The notes under the pieces are model-generated. The model had not been told where the DNA came from. It searched no databases and saw nothing but the letters and a program-made list of their open reading frames with translations. From Octopus vulgaris (Eukaryota): a DNA stretch of 64,000 nucleotides. How positions within the stretch are numbered: position 1 is the stretch's first letter; each line of letters begins with the position of its first letter. The position numbers and the translations under genes are program-made. The stretch covers positions 116,498,001-116,562,000 of the forward strand of contig OX597821.1 in NCBI GenBank assembly GCA_951406725.2, given 5' to 3'. Shown one piece after another: positions 13,946 through 26,106 of the stretch.

Positions 13946-14881
13946 ATATGTATAGTTGAAATTTACAGAAAAACAAAAGATGAAGACAGGTGTATGAACA
14001 ACAAACATGTGTATTAGTTTGATGCTCAGGAAAGTGAGAAAGTCTTTTACATTTTGAGCCTATGCTCTTCAGCAGAAAGGAATAAGCGAAAATAAGCTGA
14101 CAAAGAATTAAAAAAACGATCAAGCATGGCGATAGCTTCTTTTTTTTTTTATAAGTATACACTCTTTTTTCACACATAAACAATTCAGTTTACTAAATGT
14201 TCAACATTTGATTTTCAAAATGCCAAATCACAAAAATGCAAACTGACTTTCAAAAAAGTTTTATTAATAATTTAATTTATTAATATACTACTCAATATTT
14301 TCAAAAATTGCTAATCGATTAAACACCTGTCATCCATTTGTCATTGAGTGCCATGTTACCCATTTCTCTCTTGTGCCAGTCCAAATGGCCTCCACTTGTC
14401 ATTGATTTTGATAACTTAGTGAATGCTCTGGTTCTTGTTTGTTTCTCTAGTTGAAAAATGTGCCTGTTCGTGGTAAGGGAAGATTTAAACAGCATCGTTC
14501 TGTTTTCATCTTCTGCTTTACACATGCTTGAACCACTTTTTCTCTCCTTGTAGATATCTAATTTTGTACCCATTGGTCTTAGCTGTCCCAGCTATCTAAC
14601 CCGTTATCCTATTTTCCTACCAACCACTCAGAGTTCTTGCTGATTTCTGTACTGTTATTCACACCTTAACCACCATTATCACAGTTGCATCTTAATATTG
14701 CCAGTTTTACACCTGCATGTAATTCCTTGTTTGTTTGTTTTGTTTTTTATTATTTTTTTTTTATTTTCCAGAAATATTAATCTTTAATACTAATTAATTT
14801 TCTTTACTCAGTTATCTTTACTTTTTATACTTAAAGATTTAGCAATATATAGTTTTCTTTCATTTCAGAAGAGATGATTAC

Positions 14882-14912
<31 letters not shown>

Positions 14913-15075
14913 TTGAGATCATTCTTAAGCAAGAATATTATTGCCAGTGACTTCGAAGTTTTGGTCAATTAAGCCATTGTTAGACTTTATATATATATGT
15001 ATATATATATATACATACATATATATATGTGTATATATATATATATGTATATGTATGTATGTATGTATATATATA

Positions 15076-15114
<39 letters not shown>

Positions 15115-15344
15115 GTGAGTCAAAAGTAGGGCTCAATTCCTGTTTTAGGGTTGATATATATGACTTGCCAATGAGGGGATACTTTTGACTCCTAATTCTT
15201 GTTTTATGGGCTGAGATATCAAAGGACATTAACAACATGATAGATGATCCAGATTTAATAAATTTCAACACTGTCAGTAATAATCTGCAAAACAACAAAG
15301 AGAGGAGTGACTTCCCAGAAACTGACCACTACTTTTGACTCACC

Positions 15345-15347
<3 letters not shown>
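15115..15347. mobile_element. Tc1/mariner-type MITE in a TA tract
   Basis: TIRs GTGAGTCAAAAGTAG / CTACTTTTGACTCACCCTG with TA flanks. Confidence 0.65.
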
Positions 15348-15391
<44 letters not shown>

Positions 15392-15393
<2 letters not shown>

Positions 15394-15615
15394 GGAATAA
15401 AGACATAAATGTGAAACAAGGTGGAAAAAAGAGTACTCAAATACCAGTGGTAGAGTAATATGCTTTATTTAAAGCAGCAGAAAATTCAACAAAACATGTT
15501 ACTCTGAGTTTCCCGTTGCCGTTCGTCGGACAGTTTTCTAGCAAAAACTGTCTGACGAACGGCAACGGGAAACTCAGAGTAACAGGTTTTGTTGAATTTT
15601 CTGCTGCTTTAAATA

Positions 15616-15617
<2 letters not shown>
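15392..15617. mobile_element. Penelope-like pLTR fold-back element containing a hammerhead motif
   Basis: About 72-nt leader plus near-perfect arms 15464-15537 / 15544-15617, inside (TA)n. Second copy at 40070-40304. Confidence 0.75.
15544..15590 (+). ncRNA. Minimal type-I hammerhead ribozyme motif
   Basis: AAAACUGU-CUGACGA-aCG GCAA CGg-GAAA-CUCAGAG-UA-ACAGgUUUU: helix I, intact core, 2-bp helix II with GNRA loop, palindromic helix III, GUA cleavage triplet ending at 15581. Confidence 0.65.
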
Positions 15618-15650
<33 letters not shown>

Positions 15651-15773
15651 GTTTGAAAATGCAATTTTAAAAGATGTTTATTTACTTGACCGGTTTCACT
15701 TTTTTAGAAAAAGATTGTCAAAAGTAACATGTAAAAGCTTGGTTGTGTTAAGTACTGGATGTCACAAAATATT

Positions 15774-15833
<60 letters not shown>

Positions 15834-15899
15834 TTCTTTGATAATAAGAACATGTTAAGAACAGTTAACAAGGGAAAATCTTGGGAAAATATAAAAAAG

Positions 15900-16095
15900 T
15901 TTAACAAGTCAGTGAGGGACCTGGGTATCGACATGAGTGATGATACCTCTTTCCAAGTGCACATTACCAGGATGGCGACAAAGGGCAGACGACTGGTTGG
16001 ATGGATCCTAAGAACATTCAGAACCAGAGATAAGAAAACCATGATGGTCCTCTGGCGGACATTCGTCCTCAGCTGCCTGGATTACTGCTATGGCT
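15900..16095 (+). mobile_element. CR1/L2-type LINE RT C-terminal fragment
   Basis: SVRDLGIDMSDDTSFQVHI..GWILRTF..LWRTFVLSCLDYC matches the jockey-superclade RT thumb pattern (VRDLG..F..HI..LDYC). Confidence 0.8.
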
Positions 16096-17211
16096 GGATC
16101 CCTAATGTCAACAACTTTACAGAGAGTACTGGGTGCTTTTAATGTGGGGCCAGCGGAGGTACTTTTTACATGACACTGGCACCAGAACGAGAGAGAGAAA
16201 GTGGGAGAAAGAAATATTTCATTTTAGCTGGATTATGCTGTGATACCTACTTAAGTCACATTTTAAATAAAACACAAAATAATGTAAAGGATTTTAGCAA
16301 ATTTTCATGATACTTGGTGTTATTGTAAATATTGCAGAAACATAACATGAAAGTAAAGGAGAAAGGAGTTCTTACATAAAAGTGTGGCCAGCCCTTCTTG
16401 AAATAACTTTGACGTATTGATAAGATATGAGGGAGCATTATAAAACATTATTAAAAGTGATCCTGTTGTTAAAGAACTTCAGTTTTAGTTATTGCCTTCA
16501 TCTAAAACAGAATAAACAATGTTATTTGTTTCTTACAGAATCTTTTTCCTCTAATATCTTCTTTTCAATTTAGCTGTTGAAAAACTGAAACATTTTCTGT
16601 AATTCTTCTGTTTGGATTTTGAATTTCAAATATACAGAGTTCTTAAAAATCAATTGGTTTTAATGTTTAAAAACTCCAGTTTTTGAAATTTACACATGTC
16701 AGATAGCTTTTCTATGTGATCTTATCACAGTTGTTAGTTGTATGTAAGTCTTTGCAATATACCTTGACCTTTTCATGTTCTAAATAGAATTTGTGATTTT
16801 ATTTTTTGCTTGCAAGATTCTTGGTATGAATGTGTATGTTGAAACAGATTTTATTGTATCTCAGGAAGGTCTTTATAGTTATACTAAACACATGCAGTGC
16901 TTCTAATTTACTTCTTTATTATTCATCAGTTGGTCGAACTATTGATCAATAATAAAGAAGTGAAATAGAACCAGTGCATGTGTTTATTGTTGGCATACTG
17001 ACCCTCCCAAGATACAAACAAATTCTGATTTTTAAATTAGATTCTGTTTTGGATGTCATTCATCAAATATTTTCTTAATACGAAGCAAATTGTACAAAAT
17101 TAATGAATAATTAGATTCCAATTCCTTCTTTTTCTTCTAAAATCTAAAATATGTTAACCAAAATAATAATTAATTTTATGCATCTGTCAATTCTGTTTTA
17201 TTTCAATATAG

Positions 17212-18034
17212 TCCTGATAGCCAGAATAAAGAAGGCGCTATGACTACTAGTTCAGAACAGGTCCTTCCATCACCAACTAAAGTTCGAGTCCGCAAAAGTC
17301 GTCACCGACGTAATAACAGCAAAGGATCTATCACCACGACTACCTCAAGTCCAAATAAGAGTCCAACTACAGCTAAAAGTCCCACTAAAGATGCTCTGCA
17401 TGAAGAGCTGCAATCAAAACCAGTTACCCTGCGCCATGTTGATCGTTCGGAAGTGAGTCCAACCACTTATAAATATTTAGGGCCTAATATGTCCCTTCGA
17501 GATAGTCAATCATCAATCTGTAATGAGTCTATAGTGAATACCCTCATTGTTAATCACAATCTTGAAACTCACAATCTAAATGATGTATGTTTTTGTTCTG
17601 ACGGCTGCAGTGATGCTGCAACTTACTGCAGCAGTAAAAGATCTAGTCGAGCCAGTGCAGATGTTGAGAGCACATGTGACTCACCCTGTCACAGTCCTAC
17701 CCATACAGGTTGTAGTAGAGATCTCCATAGTCTGAAACCCTTACTAACTACTATTGAAGATGAAAATAACAAAAATCAACCCCAACCAACTCGTGAGAGA
17801 GATTCAAATGAGAACTTGCATTGTCCAGTTGAGCCAGATTCTGTTCCTTTAACACACGATATGGAACAGCCGACCACCAGTAATCCTGAGAATATACCAG
17901 CAAATGTGTCTTTGAAACGCACAAGAAGTGATGTTGAGATTACTCCAAAGATAATCGCAAATTCACGAAATGAAAGTAGCATGGAATCAACTGAAGAAAA
18001 CCCAGAAACTGAGCACCACATGAGGAATATTAAG
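17212..18034 (+). CDS. MAP3K13: MAP3K13/LZK coding exon, Ser/Thr-rich disordered region
   Basis: Acceptor tttcaatatAG|T at 17211/17212 completes Ser in phase 2 (EPTSPDSQ). Open frame contains RVRKSRHRRNNSKGS (LZK: KPRHRRGNSRGS). Donor AAG|GTAAGG at 18034/18035, phase 0. Confidence 0.9.
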
Positions 18035-18194
18035 GTAAGGTATTATTTTTGTATTCTTCTCTGTCTCAAAAGTATTTAAAATTGATTTTCAATTTTGAAA
18101 ACCAAACTCACCATTTCACCTAAGACCTATAATACAAAACCTCTTATATATCGTTCAGATGTTTTATTAAACCTTGTTAGCATAACTCTATTAA

Positions 18195-18414
18195 CCCTTT
18201 TGTTACTAATCCAGCCAAAACCAGCTCAGGCTCTGTGGTAAAATGTTTTGTTTTCATAAGTTTTGAATTAAAATCTTCCACCAAACCTTAGTCCCAATTC
18301 ATGCTTCTAACACTAGCTTAATGATAACTAAATTATTTTACTAAATTCTTTGTTATATTTAAAATAATTGAAAGAAACACAGAGCATCTCAAAATAAATA
18401 CAGTAATGAAAGGG
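18195..18414. mobile_element. piggyBac-type MITE
   Basis: TTAA|CCCTTT..TTACT ... AGTAATGAAAGGG|TTAA, giving a TTAA target duplication. A partial left end also occurs at about 6950. Confidence 0.8.
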
Positions 18415-18467
18415 TTAAATAAGTGCTAGCTTAATTACCAAATCTTGATTATATGCAAAATCTATAT

Positions 18468-18846
18468 AGGCGCAGGCATGGTTGTGTGGTAAGAAGTTTA
18501 CTTCCCTACCGCATGGTTCTGAGTTCAATCCCACCTCTATGGCCTTGGGCCAACCGAAGCCTTCTGAATGGATTTGGTAGATGGAAACTGAAAGAAGCCT
18601 GTTGCATGTGTGTGTGTGTGTCATTGCGCCTGTGTTTGTCCACCACCGCTGCTTGATAACCAGTGTTAATATGTTTATGTTGCCATATCTTATTGGTTTG
18701 GCACAAGAGACTGCTAGAATAAGTACCAGGCTTAAAAGACATAAGTTCTGGGGTTGATCCATTTGACTAAAAGTCTTCAAGGTGGTGCCCCAGCTTGGCC
18801 ATTGTCTAATGACTGAAACAATTAAAAGAATAAAACAATAAAAGAA
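18468..18846 (+). mobile_element. SINE family B
   Basis: Pol III-type head, internal (TG)n, 3' end CCAGC..TGACTGAAAC..AAAAG. Confidence 0.8.
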
Positions 18847-19384
18847 TATACAAAATCTATTGAAACATAGGTTGCAGGAAATATTTATGAAGGATTTAAA
18901 AGAAAATTGTTAAATCTTTAAGTGACCAGTAAAATATTCTTATTAATAAAACCTGATAATAGTTATCGTTAACATTTGAATTTTTTGTGGATAAGGATTT
19001 TGGTTATTTTATAATAAGACTGTTGCAAGGTTCAGAATTTTTATAGTTCTGCTTCTGCTCCTAATTTCTTTTTGAAATGAAACTAGTTGTATGCTAAAAT
19101 AAATGATAAGTGATATCTCATCCTTATTTCCCTTCTATAATCATCTGATTGATTTTATTTCTGATTGCATTTGGCACAAACTCAAAGGCTTTTGGATGAT
19201 TAATCATAACATCGTCAATGCATGTGATGAAAAGATATTCATTGTATTTAATAATGCTTTAGTAGTTTACTGTTTTTAAGCTTATATGTAGCTACTTCAA
19301 AATAGATAAATGAAAGAATTTTCACATACTTTTTTAAAAGAAATATTTCTTGAAAATTGAAGCTCTAGCATGACTATTTTAGGG

Positions 19385-19593
19385 CAGTGGTTCTCAGCCA
19401 TTTTTTTACCTATGGACTCTTGATTCCTATTTTATTCAGGTGGACCCTCATAGCCATTTAATGTATAAAAATACTATATTTTAAAAAATTGCTAAAATAT
19501 TTTGTATATTGTAGAAGTGTAACCTATTTTGTTTAACAACAAAATGCTATATAGACTCTCAAGGGTCATGTGGACCCTAGTTGCGGACAACTG
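19385..19593. mobile_element. hAT-type MITE
   Basis: Left TIR CAGTGGTTCTCAGC, right GTTGCGGACAACTG, imperfect 8-bp flanks TTTTAGGG/ATTTAGGA. A related left end occurs at 48316. Confidence 0.65.
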
Positions 19594-20342
19594 ATTTAGG
19601 ATAAACACTTGTGTGCTGGTGGGGTGCTGCTGTACTCCATTTCCAAATACTGGAGTTTCATCAGGTGGTGAAGCCACTCTGTAGCTGTTTTGGTCCCTTC
19701 TGCTCCAGAGCTGTCTAAGATTTTAGCATGTGTGCATGTGAAGAGTTTATTGAATTTGCATAAGAAAGCAATAGACAAAGCCACCTAACTCGCATAAATA
19801 TCATATGCCAACTTTTGTGAAAGCAAAAAGATATTTTGCTTTGGTTTCATCTGGCAATGTTAGGAATTAGCTGATGTTATAAGTGATCTTAAATATTTTT
19901 TTCTTAGTTGGAGTAGTAATTCAAAATCATTATTTTCAGAGATGATAGCTCAATGAATACACCTAAATAAAGATGAAAATAATGCTATGTCCTAAAATCT
20001 CTTTACTTTACAATTAAATTGAGCATGCATCCAACTTGTACAAATTCTAATAGTGGTTTCAAATTTTGGCACAAGGTTATCAATTTTCTGATACACTAAC
20101 GGTTCTGTCAGCTCATTACCTATGTTCAAAATCTAATATTAAATTTTCAAAACATACTAATGTAATATTTAAATCTAAATAGTAATAAAATAGCCTTTTA
20201 ATTTCATAAATGCCATTTGTATCGATTTTTATCTTTAGCAAAGTGTCGCAAATTTGTTAATGTACAAGCAAGTTTTTAACACCAACTGTATAAATGCAAA
20301 TTATAATACCGTGTATATTAATGATGTTTCTCCTTTTAACAG

Positions 20343-20636
20343 CGTTCTGAGGATTCCTGGTCTGAGGAAGAAGGAGAAGTTAGTGAGGATGATGTTGCAC
20401 AGAACAGAACTAGACAATCTTACTCAACTCTAAGTTCTGAAGGTGCTTTCTCTGAAGAAGAAAACACAAGTGAACATTCCACACGATATACTCCTGATGG
20501 CTTATTATCAACAAATAGTTCTGAAAATTTACAGATGGAGCTAGTTCCCTGCATCTCTGATGGTCTCTCTGATAAAGAGCTTAAAATGAAAGAAATGAAA
20601 AGTCAAGTGTCTTTCTCACCTGATCGAATTTATGAA
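20343..20636 (+). CDS. MAP3K13: MAP3K13/LZK coding exon carrying the SDGLSD hexapeptide
   Basis: Acceptor ccttttaacAG|, 98 open codons: RSEDSWSEEEGEVSEDD..RQSYSTLSSEGAFSEEENTSEHS..CISDGLSDKELKMK..IYE. Donor GAA|GTAAGT. SEEEGEV, QSYSTxSSE and SDGLSDKE are DLK/LZK C-terminal motifs. Not in the ORF track. Confidence 0.93.
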
Positions 20637-20817
20637 GTAAGTTTATTTTCAGCATAATTCTTCATATTTCTCTAGTTTACATTTTATATCTTATCTGATA
20701 TTTTTCTCTATATTAGAAAACATTTGCACTGTGGGACTGAACTTAAAGCCACATTGTTGCAAAGTGAGCTTCTTAACCCCACAACCACGCCTATTATTTA
20801 ACTATAAAATAGTTGAA

Positions 20818-21110
20818 TCATCATCATCATCGTTTAAAACCCGCCTTCCATGCTGGCATGGATAGAATGGTTTCACAAGAGCCAGCCAGGCAGAAGCCTA
20901 CACCAGACTTCTGTGACTGTTTTGGCAGGGTTTTTACAGCTGGATGCCCTTCCTAACACCAACCACTCAGCAGAGTGGAGATGAGTGCTTTTCACATGGC
21001 ACAAGCACAGGCGAGGTCAGTTTTGGCTAGGTTTTTACTGCTGGATACCCTTCCAAATACCAACCACCTTACAATGCGGACTGGGTGCTTTTAAGTGGCA
21101 CCTGCACTCA
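20818..21110 (-). mobile_element. SINE family D
   Basis: (CAT)n CGTTTAA..TTCCATGCTGGCATGG..CAGCTGGATGCCCTTCCTAA, with an internal duplication. Confidence 0.75.
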
Positions 21111-21604
21111 GAGCTAGAAAAACTAAATGTATTTCAAAGAACATACAAAATTATCCAATAACATTTAGAATCTTCATAATTCAGAGTTGTCATCTTCTTA
21201 GCATCCAGTTAGAGATTGGGAAATTAGGAACCACCTATGTATACTATCAAAAGGTAAAATTTGAATACAGTGAGATGATTAATAATTCTAGTTCTAATTA
21301 GAAACCACCTTGAGCAAGTCTATAGGCTGCATTCTTAAACAAAACAAAGTACTTTACCTTCTTTTGTCTCATATTATTACATTATCAAAATTATGTTTTA
21401 AAGTTATATGACTATAATAAATTTACTTGATATCAACAACTAAATATCTTGGAATTTCTTTTAAAAATTATCTTGATAAACAAGTCTTTCAAAATTTGAG
21501 CAAAGATCAAAAAAATTAGTATTAGTTAACACTGAATATTGAAATATGTAATATTTCCAAAGAAAAATCTGAAAATTTCTTAATCTACTTGACTGAAATG
21601 TAGT

Positions 21605-21920
21605 CATCATCATCATCGTCATCATTGTTTAATGTCTGCTTTCCATCCTGGTATGGGTTGGATGGTTTGATGGTTTAGCTGCACCAGGCTCCAATCCTAT
21701 CTGGCAAAGTTTCTACAGCTGGATGCCCTTCCTAATGCCAACCACTCCAAATGTGTAGTGGGTTCTTTTTATGTGCCACTGGCATGGAAGCCAGTCAGGC
21801 CGCACTCACAACGACCATGCTTGAATGGTGCCTTTTTATGTGCCACCAGCACCGGACCAGTCAGCTGGCACTGGCATTGACCACATTCGAATGGTGCTGT
21901 TTACGTGCCACTGGCACAGG
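21605..21920 (-). mobile_element. SINE family D
   Basis: Same motifs as the 20818 copy, with repeated GTGCCAC subunits. Confidence 0.75.
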
Positions 21921-21954
21921 AGTAAATACTTTATTATGCATTATATATAAATTA

Positions 21955-22300
21955 TACATCAGCACTTAGTCGACAAGGCCTTTGTCAAGAACTAGCATGC
22001 AGCCTCATTCTCCATTGAAGTCAGCTGCCACAGCTTTTCATCTAGATTAGTGTGCTGTTTCCTGAAAAAGATAAGTCTCGAACATAGACAACTGAAGAAA
22101 GTTATCACAAAAATAGGCACAGCAGCTGAAACTAGTTCAAGGTGGCTATGGTTGATAAGGGACCACAAGTGGAACCCTTCTGCAGCTGAAGACTAGCTTA
22201 GTCCTCACTGCTCCACTCAGGGGAAGCATACGGGCTAAGGAATAAAACACTTGTGACCCTGAGACACCTGCTGATGATATGGGAGGGTTTCCAACATTGC
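21955..22300 (+). mobile_element. 3' end of a Hero/NeSL-clade non-LTR retrotransposon (restriction-like endonuclease tail)
   Basis: Reads FSIEVSCHSF..KIGTAAETSSRWLWLIRD, matching the PVEVGCRGF..AAE.ASRWLW.KR pattern. 3' UTR GACCC..GACAC..CTGATGAT is shared with the fragment at about 45575-45820. Confidence 0.7.
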
Positions 22301-22600
22301 AATGAATTTAGAAGGGCTTGCAAAACTTCTTAGTTGTTCCTGCAGATTCTGCATGCGGAAAAGCATCTCTGATGTTTATTTGATCTATATAATGTAATAC
22401 CCATAAATATATGTGATTGTATCAGTACAAATCTGATCTAGGGACATTTTGTAAAGTTTGAGCTCGATAACTGTTAAAATTAATTACTTATTTTCATGGT
22501 TTTCTGTTTTATTGTTATTAATATGTTTGCACACACTCAGCTTACTTTTATTTATAAAATAAAAAACTTTCTTTTTTTTTTTCTTTTTCAACCATTTCAG

Positions 22601-22702
22601 AATCAAGATACAGATTCTAGCTCCGATTCTGATGAATGCTCTGATATAACTGTCTCAACAACTGTGCATCGTTCTCGCTCTTTTGAAACAAGTGCTTGGT
22701 AA
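22601..22702 (+). CDS. MAP3K13: MAP3K13/LZK last coding exon with stop codon
   Basis: Long polypyrimidine tract then ttcAG|. Reads NQDTDSSSDSDECSDITVSTTVHRSRSFETSAW*, resembling the LZK C-terminus (DCDSSDGECSDATV..SSATW*). Confidence 0.9.
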   Translation, partial: NQDTDSSSDSDECSDITVSTTVHRSRSFETSAW

Positions 22703-24444
22703 GCACTACAAAATACAGATACAGGCAGATGTTTATCAGGCTGCTTCATGGAATAATAATACAGGTCTAAAAATCTTGGTGGACGTTATGCTTTACTGAG
22801 TCTGTTACAAAAGCAGATCACTGTCAGATAAAATATTTCCCTCATTTGTTTTTAAATATTTTTTTTTTTCTTCAATACATCCTTTATCTCTTTCTACTCT
22901 TATTCATGTTTGTTTTATAATAAACATGTAAGAACTGCTTCTTATCATCAAATAGAGGGATTTAAAACTGTAAAAAAAAATTATGAAACAGAAGATAAAT
23001 GACCTGGAATGAACATACTGCTCATATATTGAAGCAAGTGTTTCAGCTACAAAGCTGCAGCCACCTATCTCTAATCAATGATCTCTTAATTCTACTGGCT
23101 CCTGTAGCAAACAATTTTAGCCCTCTTCACCTCTAGCACTACTAAAATCAGGATTTGAACCCTAATTCTTCTATGCTGTAAAAGTTTCAGACTCACTTTA
23201 GAAAAACATTATAAGAGAAAAAAGAAAAACCTCTCTAGTAGACCTTCCTTCTCAGTTCTGCTCTTTGTTTAATCTCAAATTCATTGGAAGAATATTCGTT
23301 CAGGAAAAAATATATATCCTAAATTTAAATTAAATTCTTGAATTTATTAATGTAAAATGAACAGTAAAAGAGAGATGGACAGATAGACAAAGAGAGAGGG
23401 AAGGTGAGAGAAAAGAAAAAGAAGAGAAAAACTAAAAGATCTCGAACATATATACATACATACATGTATTTGCCCTCTACAGATGTGTATATGAATTTAT
23501 ACAAGCTCACATACATATAAATAGGCATACATACTTTTCATGTATATACATTTTTCGATGTATGTATGCAGCTATATATAAAGTTACATAGAACTGAACA
23601 TGTGTGTATGTATTTAGATAAAAGATATACATATTTACACTCTTTTGTATATATGTGTATAATCATACACATACATATATGTGTAAATGTGTGTGCATGT
23701 GAGCGTGTGGATTGTGTGTCTGTGGGAGTATAGTCATACATAAACAAATGAGCATAAATGCTACAAAATAAAGTGTCAGGCTGATTTCCAAGATGTTTTT
23801 ATGCAGACTGTATCTAAAAAATTTTCAGCAGTGCACCTTACATTATGAGAAATCAAGAAAGTAACCTCCAGAGGTTAAACGAAATACTTAAGAAAAAAAA
23901 AAGAAAAGAATAAGAAAAAAAAAAACAAAACAAAACAAATCTCTCTTGGCCTCTTACAGATTCACAATTCTGATTTAACCCTTTTTCCACTGCAAATTGT
24001 TTTGTTTGGTTGCTATTTTGTTTATTTATTATTTTTTTTTTTATCTACTGTTGACATGGTGCCTGCAAACTGGACTCTATATTTAAAAAAAAAATGGTAA
24101 AATAAAAACAAAAAAATGAAAAAAAAAAGCAAAAAATTTAATAATAGATTAACTTGTTTCCTCTCCCCCCTCTTGTCCCGATGTTATTAATAACACCATC
24201 ACTAACCACCACCACTTCATGTCAGTGAAAGAAAGCTTGAGAGGTTGTAAACTTCTGAATATTTATTTTTGGGCGGCTCCATACTTAGTAACTGCCTGGT
24301 TTGTATCTTAGAGGATAGAGAATACTTAGAACTCAGAAGCCTTGTGTTATGTTCTCATCTTCAGCATTGCATTTAGCCCTGATACATAGCTTTACATGTA
24401 TAAGAAACGAAAGAAACTGTAAAATATCCAAATCTCATGAGACA

Positions 24445-24563
24445 TAATGATAATAATAATAATAATAATAATAACAATAATAATAATAATAATAATAACA
24501 ACAACAATAATAATAATGATAATAATAATAATAAAATAATAATAATAATAATAATAAAACAAC

Positions 24564-24658
<95 letters not shown>

Positions 24659-24669
24659 TAATAATAATG

Positions 24670-24700
<31 letters not shown>

Positions 24701-24701
24701 C

Positions 24702-24763
<62 letters not shown>

Positions 24764-24769
24764 TATATA

Positions 24770-24804
<35 letters not shown>

Positions 24805-24822
24805 AATAATAATGGTAATAAT
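24445..24822. repeat. Long (AAT)n microsatellite
   Basis: Direct reading. Confidence 0.97.
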
Positions 24823-25002
24823 AGCCTCTGGGGAAGTGAAGTTGCCTGTTGTGATCTTCATGCTTTTCCCAGTAATCTTAGACATGTAAGTAATGCAGGT
24901 CAAACTGCAAATTGAAACTGGATCTGAGTATTAAGTCAATATTAATTACAGTTATACTACTACTACTATTACTACTACAACTACTACTACTACTACTACT
25001 AC

Positions 25003-25044
<42 letters not shown>

Positions 25045-25423
25045 AAAACAGATCTGTTCCTTTCTAACTAAAGTCAAGCTTTAAAAAAAATTTTTTTTTG
25101 TTGAAATTGTTACTATTTTATTTATTTATAATCATTATGAATATTTATATTTTCTTCTCCTCCTACCATTTTCTTAACACTAACCTCTTCATTTTCTTCC
25201 AACCATCAAATTATTTTCATTCATATACAATTTAAATACATTTATTTTGATCCTTGCCAGGATGTGCTAAATTCACATTCCAGTAAATTATGAAAACTTA
25301 ACTAAAATTATATAATAAACTCAATCAGAGTGTTGGGCTAAATAAATAATTAAAGATTTGTTTTGGCAATATTTGTTGTTGCCAGTCACCATTCCAACTA
25401 GTGTAGTGCCTATATGTATGTGC

Positions 25424-25483
<60 letters not shown>

Positions 25484-25486
25484 CTT

Positions 25487-25517
<31 letters not shown>

Positions 25518-25640
25518 TTGCATGTATATATACCTATATGCAGATGTTTCTGTTTATTCACCAAGATGTGATAAATTACAGAACTTAGTATATAAATGCA
25601 CACACACATACATACACATGTGTGTTCATATATACACACA

Positions 25641-25734
<94 letters not shown>

Positions 25735-26034
25735 GTAACAATGAAGGGTGAAATTAATTAATTTGGAATAATTATCAATTACACCAAGTAGTCTTCGGCA
25801 TGTAAAAGCCTCATTCGAGGAAAATTTAAGTAATACTAAGCAATTAAGGGTTTAGCAACGAATTGCCTTACCACACACTGAATTTAGAAATAGCAGTCAA
25901 AGAGATTATAGCTATTTCTTCTACTAAAAGGGAGATCTCCTTTTAGTAGAAGAAATAGCTATAATCTCTTTGACTGCTATTTCTAAATTCGGGTGTGTGG
26001 TAAGGCAATTCGTTGCTAAACCCTTAATTGCTTA

Positions 26035-26038
<4 letters not shown>
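25735..26038. repeat. Leader + about 100-bp-arm near-perfect palindrome inside (TA)n
   Basis: Arms start at 25833 (ATACTAAGCAATTAAGGG) and end at 26038 (CCCTTAATTGCTTAGTAT), centred on GGAGATCTCC at about 25935. Confidence 0.92.

Positions 26039-26106
<68 letters not shown>

Noticed and set aside
17240-18079. 279-aa ORF as a stand-alone gene
   Set aside because: It is an internal MAP3K13 exon; the true bounds are 17212-18034
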